Shown here: positions 53,501 through 64,000 of the stretch, in pieces
How positions within the stretch are numbered: the first letter of the stretch is position 1
How the letters are laid out: the number at the start of each line of letters is the position of its first letter
Assembly (NCBI GenBank): GCA_030141605.1
Contig: JAQGDQ010000066.1
Coordinates: forward strand, 496,001-560,000
Direction: 5' to 3'
DNA length: 64,000 nt
Origin: Tubiluchus corallicola
Lineage: Eukaryota > Animalia > Priapulida
The notes under the pieces: model-generated
The model's database searches: none
What the model was told of the DNA's origin: nothing
What the model saw: the letters and a program-made list of their open reading frames with translations, nothing else
Position numbers and translations under genes: made by a program

Positions 53501-56500
53501 GGATTTGCGTACTTTGGTTCCTGACTAGTGCTGAAACAAGATGAATAGAATTTTCAACTGAGGATCATAAAAGCAGGCTTAACAATTGAAACATACGTGC
53601 TAAGTATCATGCTTTATATGTACTAAATAAAAGTTGAAAATATATAAGTAAAAGAGAGCAGCGAAAGCATACCTTTGAGAAGCCCCCTTCTTTCCTTTCT
53701 TTGTTACATCAGGAGTGCTCGTAACTGGTTCACCAGACAACCGTTTAGCTGGTTTGGTAATACGTTCTACATCCGGCTGCCTCAACTGCATATCTCCTTG
53801 GAAATCTTGATGGTCCTTTATGAGTTCTTCCACAGTTGTCAAGTTTTCTGGAATTGGCTGTTCTTCGAGTGCTTTCAATGAAGCTTCAGCACCAGTCAGC
53901 CATGCTAACAGTTCTTGTAGCAACTTGGCATTATCTCGAAGCATATCAAGATGAGTGTTCAACTTCTCTTCTCGCTGACTGGCCCAATTGTTGAGCTCAT
54001 CCCACCGTGTTTGGACGATCGTCTGCCAGTGCTTCACAGTGGTGACTGCATCAGGATGGCTTTGACGTAGTATTTCTCCAGACATCTCCTGACAGCGTTT
54101 TAAATCCTTTTCTTTTTCCAGGATTTCTTCTTGCAGTTTCTAAGAAAATAAAAGACAATATTATGATTTAAAGTACAAAATACCAATTTAAAGACAATTT
54201 TGTAATTCTTCATTTCTTTTAACAGAAAACATCAAATTATCAATAATAATGTTTCTTTTACAAACCTTATGGGTCTCTATTTGATGCAATGTGGTTTCCT
54301 CATCTTCTGGCAAGGGGCCAGCATATCGCAACTGCATCTCTGCATCGGCTAACCACTCCAACAAGACATGAACTTGCTTGTGCAGAGCCTCTGCCTACAT
54401 AAAATTAACATAAAATTAAAATTAGTACATTCTTGAATAATGACCACACATAAGCAATTTGTTTGGAAATGCCGCAAGTGCGGTCAGAAAACATCCAGAA
54501 TTCTATTCAAAAGTAGGTGGCTATGACAAATATATCACACAAGTACACTGAGTCACACAATAAAATACTTAAAATTCACATATACCTTTTGCATAGCATC
54601 TTCAAGTCTCTCCTGCTTAATGACACTTAGTTTGCAGATGTTATCCCATTTCGTTGTGAGTTCGAGCAAACCTTCTTGCACCTGTGTCGTATCATCACTA
54701 GATGTTTCCAACAGCTGCTGTGCTGCCTTACGTACAGTGTCAACACTTGCTGAGCGTATAACTTGCTCATGTTGGAATGTCTAGAAACCACAAACAAACA
54801 TTTTAGCTTAGCTGACGAAATTTCGATGCACTTATTACTTTGCATTTTAAACTTACAGAGATGGTGTAAAATCTAAAATCTATATCAAATCATCTATGTG
54901 GATGATGCAATTTATCAAAAGAACCAACATGGCCTTGTGAAGGTTTCAGGGTAATGTTTGTTTATTTGGTCCAATGCCAACCAAAATGGAGTCTGTAATA
55001 GCATTTTCGGGATATTCTACTATATATAGTTATCCAATATGTCTTTTTATAAGTTTAGGGTTGTATGTCCCAATCTGAATATGACAGCCAAAATGGCATC
55101 TAAAATAAAACCTGGAACGAGGGTTAACACAACTGTTTCATTTTACTAAAACCGTATACAGCGCAATTGTAAGTACACTGTAAAATTACCTTGTGTTTTT
55201 CTGAAAGAGCCATGACAGTATCCAAGTCACCATGAAGAGGTTTGTCTTCTGCTAAGTCTGGTTCTACTTTATACATCCATTCCAACAATGACTCCATAGC
55301 ATCCTTGAATTGGCCAGACAATAAAAGGGCTTCTTCCAGCTTTCTTTGCCTGCAAAGTACGTAGAGAGTAAAATTAATTTTAACTCACCTGGACAATTTC
55401 ACTTAACAAACAAGGGGACTAAAAGCATTTCAGTACACAAATTTACAATATTTAATTTATTTCGGATGATTGTTTTTACTTTAAACCCTTTACTCTATGT
55501 GCATGCCAGATATATCTGGTACCTAGCAGAACAGTGTATTCCCATTCATATCGGATAAATCTGGTATTATGTTATTCACTTATACATAGTGCTTGGGACC
55601 ATGCTGACGCTAGCTGGCTGTCTACTAGAGACAGCACATCATGTTTAAATGAGTAAAAAATGAGTTATATGGCATCACAGGGTGCAGGCATGTTAGACCT
55701 AAATGAGGATGATCAGTGATAGCCAAGTAACTCATTTATTATCATCTCATAATCATAATCAAATCAAAAATGTTATTATTATACGTAAAAATATGCAATA
55801 TTGTTATGTATATCCATAATTGCAAAAACGGATAATACAATGTGGCATGCTAATTATATGTAGAAGTTAAAGGGTTAAACACAGCTGTAAATACATATGT
55901 AATTTGTAAATACATATGTAAATACAGCTGTAACTATGAATTTCTTAATTAAACGAATTTAGAAACTGTGGCAACATATTAATAGTCTAAATTTTATACA
56001 CATCACTTTAGACATCAAATCTAGTGAGGCTTTATAAATCGCTATTAAAAATAGTACCTTTCCACAGACTGGCTGCAAATGGCATTCCATTTGTTCTTCT
56101 GGGTATTTAGCATGGCTTGCAGTGTTGTCACATCAGGAGTTGGAGCTTTCTCTTTAAGATTTTTGCCATGTCTGAATGTGGAGTCGTAGACAGGTTGCTT
56201 GCTGCCCAGAGATCGTTGAAAATCTTTATGCAGAGCGAGCTGAGCTCGGATTTTATCAGGTTCATTTGCAATGCTTTGATTCTGTTCCAAGGTTGCTTCT
56301 GCTTCATCCATCCAATCACACAGTTCTTTCCATTCGTCATGGAACTGCAAGGGTATAACAGAACATATCAGTGACAAAACTGTTTGCAGATATTAATTGA
56401 AATTAATAAAAACCAATCACAGTAGCAATTATGGACCAGGTGACAAAAGTTAAAAAAACTGAACTTAAAAAAGGCAGAATACGAAAGTGTAGTGCGAATT

Positions 56501-59500
56501 ATACCTCCTTTGCTTCTTTAAAACCATGGTCAAGCTTCTGAGTGCGCTCAGCTGAACGCGAAACAATTTTCTCCCATCTGTGCTGGGCACTCACTAGTAA
56601 GTTCTTAATAAGAATAACGTCTTGCTTTTGACTGAAGTATTTTAAATGTGTTCCATTCTTGTCCAACTGCATCATCATCTCTCGGTGACTAGCAATGTCT
56701 TTCTGCAAAACTTTATGTTCCTCAATCTGTCCCAGGACAGTGTCCATTACTCTGCTCACTGGCTTCAGACCGTTTATAGTCTTTTCGGTGTTGGTTAACC
56801 AGCTGACAAAAAGCTGTAGAGCATCGTGAAATTCTTGTGCTTGTTTCAGAGCTATTTCAAGCTTGTGCTAAAAAATGAAAAAACAAATTTTAGCAGTACA
56901 ATTAAAAGTGAAATTATAAAAAAGAAAACAAATTAAGTTTAAATGTTTAAAACTAAAATACAAGTCACCTTTCGATCTTTAGCTCTAATTCCAGCATTAT
57001 CAGACCGTTGTTTAAGAGTTTTCAAGCTGTGCTCAAGTCCGGGAGCATCTTCTGCTTTTCCTTTTTTAAGCAACTCCTGCCCTCTAGTAATCAGCCCCTC
57101 TACCTTTACAGCACTAGCTTCAAGTTCATTGTATAAATCCTATCAAATCAAATGAGTGTAAGTATTAACACCACTGCAGTTTTAACTCAAAAAAATGCAA
57201 AAGTTTTTAAATGTTAAAAGATACCAACGGCATTAAGTAAACTTTTATAAGCACACTTTCATATTACATACCATAAACTTGACTAGTTGCTCACGGGCAG
57301 TTTCAGGCAGCCCTCCTACTGGCTTTGAAGATATTAGTTGCCCATCAATGTCACTTAGCCAAAGAAGCATATCTTGGAGCTCAGAATTAAACCCTTGTGC
57401 TTCTTTTAGCGAATCCTGCAACTGTTTCTCTCTCCTAGCTGCTTTTGCAAGTAAGTCATCCCATCGATCACTCAAATTATTCAGCTGTTCTTGCATAATC
57501 TGTGCTTCATCTGATTCTGGTGAATCAGCAATCAGTAATCGGCCAGCGTCCATGATAGAATCGACACTTGCTTGATGTGCCTGAATGTCATTCTGCAACA
57601 CCTATGCATAGAAAAAATTAATTGAGATTATGGATACTCGATCAACAAAAAATTAATTAACAAAAATGATAATAAGCATACATTTATGCCAGACCAACAC
57701 ATATATCAGAGAATAACGGTTTCCATACACATACAATGGAAAACGCTTTCCAAAAAATATAACCAATGATGGAAAGATATTACTAAATTGTTACCTTGTG
57801 TTTAGCTATTTCAATTTCAATAGTCTTCGGGTCACCATATATTGGCACAGCTTTACTAAGACTTTCATCTTGAGCGTCAAGCCAGGCAAACAGCTCATTG
57901 AGGGCATGCTGCAACTGCCCCAGTTGAAGCAATGCACCTTCCAGTTTATGTTGCCTAAAAAGCCAAATAGAACACATTTAATAAAAAGCAATAAAAGGAG
58001 CAGTATCAAAATCACACAAAGTATTTAGGCAAAAACTTGTGAAGCAAAGTTATGTTACCTGTCAACAATTTCCTTCTGCAGATTATCCCATCTGTTGTTG
58101 ACTTCATCTAAAGGAGTTCTAACAGCAGGCACAGCATCAGGTGACGTCTTCTCCATCATTTCATGACCAAGTTGGTTTAAGGATTCTAACTCCACGGTAT
58201 GAGGATCCACGAGAGACTTGAAAGTCTATAAGATGTCAACATTGGTTTTTTAGAAACAGTGCACAGTACAATTTACTGCACCACGGAAAATGTTTAAAGT
58301 TTTAGTTAGAAGACATAATATGTTGAAAATGTTACAAACCTTCAATTCCTCAATCTGGTTTTTAACAGCTTCAATATCAGGACCTAGTGTTTTTCCCATT
58401 CCTTCCAGCTTCAACTCAGAAGAATCCATCCATTCAAGAAGGCCTGTCAAAGTTTCGTGGAAGTTCATGGCCCTTTCCATTGCCTAAACAAATTCAAATT
58501 ACAAAATTATTAAAGTGCCTTTAGACAACCACTAGTTAATTTTTAACATTTGGTGAAACACTGTTAATACAGTTACAGTTCATTATACACAGCAATGCTT
58601 ACATCTAACAAATTATCTTCACGCTGTTGACAAGTGGAATTGATGCTTTCCCAAGCCGAATCCAGATCTTCCATGTTTTTCTTAACTTCTGGCTTATCCG
58701 GTTCTCCACAGAGCTCCATCAACGTTTTACCTGATTCCTTACATGACTGTAAATCAACTTGACTTGCATCAATTTCCTCTTTCATTGCCTGCAGAATAGT
58801 AAAAGTGATATAGCAATTATGAAAAAGCAACAACTAATTTGTTAGCATGTTGTCTTTCTTTCTAATAATCCAATTTCAAAGCAAATTTTACTCACATAAA
58901 GTACTTCTTGTTGCTGCTGAATTGCATCCACTTCCACTCCTGGTGGTTCTTGAGCATTAAGACTTTCTTGTAGCTCTTTAAGAGTGGAGAGAATGCTACC
59001 AAGTTCCTCCCAGAACTTCTCAGAAATGTCCATGATCTCTTCTAACTTTGCTTCACGATTGGTCGTGGCATCTTGCATAAACTGCCACAACTCATTTAAC
59101 CGTGACAGCTTTTCTTTAATATCTGCAACAAAAGCAGAAAATGTTCCATTACCGATTTCATAAAACCGTGCCATATAAACAAAGCACAGCAGTTCTGTAG
59201 AAGACAAAACACCAGGCACAAAAATTTTCAGGAACATTAAATTACACTAGTATTTTAGTATGCTACTAACTTCTCTTGCAGCAGCGCCTGCACATTTGAT
59301 GGTAGGAGTTTAGATTATAAATCATAAAACACCAGACAACGTTAGTACAGTTAGCTGTACACACGTGTTAGTTATCAAATGAAAAGCATCACCTATTTTT
59401 GTCACTTCGTATGACTATGACTTAAGCTACAACTGTAAAATGGTATTACATGCTCATTAAAGCGACTACAGGTGCTAGTAAATGTTTTTGTATAAACTAA

Positions 59501-62500
59501 GAAGTACTAATAGTTATTATTAGTAACACAGTCCATTACTTAGCAATGAGTTCTACTGTGAAACGAAGTTGCAACTTTCTAGTGATCTTTAACGCGTGTA
59601 ATTCGTTTGGAATGATGTGTTACAAAAATAATACACTTCACAAACAAGACTTTAAAGAGCAACTTGCAAAAATTTAGCTCACATTTTTTCTGGTTTACAG
59701 TGTTTTAGCGAAATTAAAAAGAATTTGTTCTCTTAATGCTCTTAATGCTGCATACCTGTCACAGCTTTCTGCTCATCTGGTCCAGCTTGGTTGATCAAAT
59801 CTCCAGCAGCTTTTTTCACGTTTTCCAACGCCTGACTCTTCTTGTCCAGGTCCTCTTTCCATGCCTGGTTTTCTTCAATCTGTTGTTTCAACTTCTCTGG
59901 CATTGCCGATATCGGTTCAGCACGCTTAATTTGATCGGCTGTATTAGACAATGCAGATAGCATACCATCAAGCTTATCGGTAAACTGTAATCAAAACATA
60001 ATAAAAATCATACCACCCTGGAAATAATTCTCAATGAGAAAAAAGACGCAATTATTAAATAATCCTACAATGAAACAGATGAAAAATACGATGTTTCCAT
60101 TCACCACTGTAGAGCATCTTCAGGTGAAAAACAGAAAAAAGCAAAACAAATTACTTATTATTAACACATAAAAAAATATAGCACTTCTAATGATAAGTTA
60201 AGTTTTTGTAGCATGTTTTTACATTTCACCTTGAAATATAATGTTATTTTTCTTTTACTTTACCGAGGGACTTTTCATTAAAAAAAAGAAGAAAACAGCA
60301 ATTTGACATTCTACTTGACATCACGTAATCTAATCAAGTAAAAAATTTCATCATTCGGAGCACTGAGAAATTTTGTACCTGTGAAGTTTCTTGGAGTGCC
60401 ATATCCAATGTATTAGCTCTGTCACGTACAGCCCTGCGTAGGGCATCAAAACGAGCATTATCGCTGTCTATCAATTCACTGATCTGTGCAGCTTCATTGT
60501 CCCCGCAGCATTTCTGCAGCGCAACACCAGTCTTATTCAGCTTATCTACTAAGTGTTTGTGTTCTTGAATATCTTGTTGTAATGCCTAAAAAGTAAATTT
60601 ATATTAATTTTATTTTTTATTTTTTTATTTCATGTTTACTTCAGTACATAACAAGGTACCACAGAACATTAATTAAGAGAATTAATTAAAAATCATTATC
60701 TAAATGAACTGCACGACAAATAAAAATAAATATTTACACAAAGAACAGAGGATTAGTAAGCTATTTAAAAAAAGGGTTAGTAAGTGTATATTACCATGGG
60801 AAATTTTTTTTCGAAATTCAAATTCACATCATCACTATTCAGAATAAAACTGCGTATGACTACAATCTTTGAATTTAGGTTCCACTGATGAAGGCTAAAG
60901 TATTTTTACATAAAATCACTTTAAAATGATTGCAGCCATTCTCTGTGCATATTCTAAAGGCTGTGGTGCCTCCACAATAAGCAAAAAAAATCGTCAAAGC
61001 AAAATAGTATATCGCTTTTAATTTCCTAATAGTACCAAGATAAAAAGTGATCCGGAGATTAGAATAATAAAGAATTCCAATCTTAAATAAAGAATTCTTG
61101 AAATTCTTTTTTGTGTTGACAATAACGGTTTAATATTTAGTCACGCTTAAAATGCCATTCTGTTAAATTTGAATTTAAAACTGTATGAAATATTTTATCA
61201 ATCATACTGATTGTTTAAATGTAGTAACAAAAACATTGTGTACTTAGTACTACGATTTGTGACTCAAGTCAAACTTGTCAAACAAGAAAAATCTAGTCAA
61301 ACCTAAACAAAACAAGCAGCAAAAATGAATAAAATAACCAACCTTGTTAGCAGTCTGTTGTTTTCGAATTTGATCCGGATTCACTGCCGCTGCATCCAAA
61401 GCCGAAACTTGTTCTTCAATATCATCCAACCAAGTCAATAAATCGGCATGTGACTCATTGAAATGCTCAGCCAATGGAAGTGCTTGTTCTAACAGACTTA
61501 GCCTATCAGCACTCTGCTTCGATACGCTTGTTGACACATCGCGCAAATTGTCCATCTTGCCACGAATCATGGCAGTGTCATCGGCAGAAGATTCTCTCAT
61601 CAATTTCTTAGCAGTCGACACAATATCTCTTACTTTACCCTTCTGATTTACCACATCGTCATTTAGTGTCTTATGATCCCGAAGTTGCTGTCGCAGTTTC
61701 TTTGGATCTCTACTGACGGGATCGGATTCGCTGATTGTCTGTTCAGCTTCTTTAAACCAGTCCATCGCTTCATCCAGATCGCCGATCACTTCCATGGATC
61801 TTTGACGAGACAAGTTCAAACGTTCAGATCGTTTTTGTATCTGTTCGCACACACCTTCAAATCGTCGACGATCACGAGTTGTCATGTCCTTGATGGTGTT
61901 AGCTCCGTCACCAGGAGAGATCTGCGTCAAATGCGCACCAGCCTGACTAACTTGGTCCATGACACCTCGAAAATGTTCCACCTCGTGTTCCATGTCCTAA
62001 AAAATAAACAGTTTCATGAAATAACACAATTCCAAAAATTTGTGTTAACAGCTAACAACATAACGATTAACAGATGCACAAGTTAATATGTTAAAACCAC
62101 ATACATTTATAATCTGGTCTTGTTGATCTAAGCTGTTCGAGTCCAAATTTTTCAAAAGTGGCTCTGCATGCATCAACCAATCATTGACCTTGTTATGTGA
62201 ATCATGAAACTCTTTTGCCAATGGGAGTGCTTCTTCCATCTGCTGCAGCATATCTAAACTTTTTACATTCAAATCAGTGTACCTGCAAAAAGCAAAATAG
62301 CATCAAAATTGCAAACAGAGGAATTGTTAAACATAAAAAAATTAAACATTTAAAAAAGTTGACAAAGAAACTGGTTACAAATCCATGACAGTCAGTTCTT
62401 ATAACCCCATAAATGTCCCAATGACATAGGACTGTCCCGAATGTTTTAAACAAACCACATACACAATTTTTTTTCAACAGAATGGCTTTTTGAAAATCTC

Positions 62501-64000
62501 AATGTGATAATGAACGATATTCGAAGGTTGTTTGGGCACTTGTTTTTTTACATATTAGTAATTTATTGAATTTGCGTTTCAGTTACAACAAAATTTAAGG
62601 TCTATATGCTGCAAGTAGATTCTACTCGATTACAGAACTGATACAAGGAACTGCTTAAAAAGATGTAGTTTTTGGCAGTAAAACACACGACAAATGTGTC
62701 ATTTTGTACAGGTATAAAGGCATGCAGGCATTACATAAATACCTTTGTTTTATAAAATCGAGCTTCTCTTGCACTCGAAGTGCCTCATCTCCCGCACTTG
62801 TCTTCATCAAATCGTGTCCGCTAGCCATCACTGATTCGAAGTTAATCTGGTTTTCCGCTATTTCATTGTACAATTCCTACAACAAACAGTTATCATAATG
62901 AATTAATATGTAATACAGTGAAGTTGTACGAAATCGTGCATTATTGCACATGTACACTTTATTACAAACTGGGTGGTTACCAATACTGCACAAATTTCTC
63001 TATTACATTCATATCTCGGTTTGCCGGATAAAAGCAGGGCGGCATTGGTTCAAATTTGCCGATACTAAACTAATAGTACAGTAGGTGCTGTGTATTAGAA
63101 TCATGGTAATGTAGAAATAATCGTCTAATTGTCTCAAAAATGTCTAATATGGGCCGCTCCAATGTAAAACTACATGAAAACTGTCGGCAATTGACTCAAA
63201 TAACTTTGCATAATTGATTCTATATTTTTATACATAGAGATATATACGTGGTTACACTGATGTGCATGATGTAAACAAAGTGATGGCCCACCAACTAGTC
63301 GGACGAAATAACGGACCGAGTCCCTATTATGTGGGACTTTTAACGGACCAGATTCTGTCCTAATTTTCCAATATCCGTAAAAGCAAGGTCCTGCAAACCG
63401 AGATATGAGTGTATAACAAGGTTTACGTTCAGATCAGAAAGCAGAACTTACATGTCACGTATCAGAAAAACCACCATCTTGTTATCCACGAATTCAGAAT
63501 CGACTTAATAGTAAAAAGAAATTCAAGCTAAACTTTATTCTACGTTAAGCAAAAAAAAACTGATTTCTTAAGTAAAATTATAATTTCATAAATCTTGTTG
63601 TTAAGTTAAATAGCATACAATAGAGTGTCAGATGCATTTCATGCTTTTATTCTAGTTGCTAGAATGCAAAGAAACTGAATTTTTGGGAATGTGGGGAAAA
63701 CATGCAAAGTGAATACCATAAATTGGTCTTGCTGTCGTTGTAGGGGTTCCACAAACACGGATAGTACTCGGAATCCCTGCATCTGCCGTTCCATATCCTC
63801 TAACCACGCCGTAAACTCTTCTGCAGATACACCAAACTGTTCCAGATTTTCTGAGCCACGCAGCAACAGTTCTGCTCGCGCTTCGCTTGTGGTAAACAAT
63901 TTTTCATAGCGATCGACCATTTCATCTAATTTATCATGAATGTACTCTCGATCGTCTTCAGAAACCATGTCCATGAGTATCTGCCCCACTTGTATGGCAT
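44522..64000 (-). CDS. MACF1: Spectraplakin (MACF1/dystonin/short stop orthologue), 3' portion, about 26 constitutive exons in the window
   Basis: Spectrin-repeat exons from beyond 64000 to about 53670 (e.g. 61996-61343, 57601-57272, 56867-56505, 54139-53673). EF-hand exons 53530-53241 ([19 protein letters not shown]) and 52553-52441 ([14 protein letters not shown]). GAR exons 51989-51873 and 49311-49194 ([39 protein letters not shown]). Tail exons 45749-45589 ([18 protein letters not shown]), 45143-45017 and 44886-44522 (...DSGRPLWRN-stop). Confidence 0.96.
46048..47033 (-). CDS. Probable alternative terminal coding exon of the spectraplakin (Ser/Pro/Arg-rich, SxIP motifs)
   Basis: Acceptor CTTTACACCTTAG at 47034 is phase-compatible with the GAR exon donor (DPCR-G|CA). 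About 328 codons stay open inside an intron and contain SKIP, SRIP and SHLP. Confidence 0.7.
55486..55874. mobile_element. Possible piggyBac-type MITE in a spectraplakin intron
   Basis: Ends CCCTTTA...TAAAGGG, flanked by TAAA (left) and TTAA (right). Confidence 0.4.
63006..63411. mobile_element. Tc1/mariner-type MITE in a spectraplakin intron
   Basis: TIR CATTCATATCTCGGTTTGCCGGA versus CACTCATATCTCGGTTTGCAGGA (reverse complement of the right end), with TA on both flanks. Confidence 0.8.

Overview
AT-rich, intron-containing animal (invertebrate-type) genomic DNA, not prokaryotic. Reconstructing GT-AG exons by eye gives six protein genes and one tRNA gene: the 3' part of NSMCE1 (+), a WSC-domain sulfotransferase of the WSCD family (-), PPP1R8/NIPP1 (-), TMEM14 (+), an intact tRNA-Asp(GTC) (-), a single-exon TRAF3IP1/IFT54 (+), and the 3' third of a spectraplakin (MACF1/dystonin/shot; spectrin repeats, EF-hands, GAR domain) (-). 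Between the divergent PPP1R8 and TMEM14 genes lies about 13 kb of repeats: three decayed LINEs, a young TIR element, a (TAC)n tract and a 48-bp minisatellite. Several MITEs sit in introns and UTRs. The most notable observations are: (i) a cluster of candidate micro-exons in and after the spectraplakin GAR domain, three of which keep frame only when used together, plus an alternative SxIP-rich tail exon; (ii) a KH-like RNA-binding motif at the end of a PHD-type LINE ORF1; (iii) a fold-back repeat with tRNA-like arms; (iv) a 720-bp higher-order duplication inside the minisatellite. All family assignments come from recalled motifs. No database search was run, and repeat boundaries are approximate unless TIR/TSD coordinates are given.
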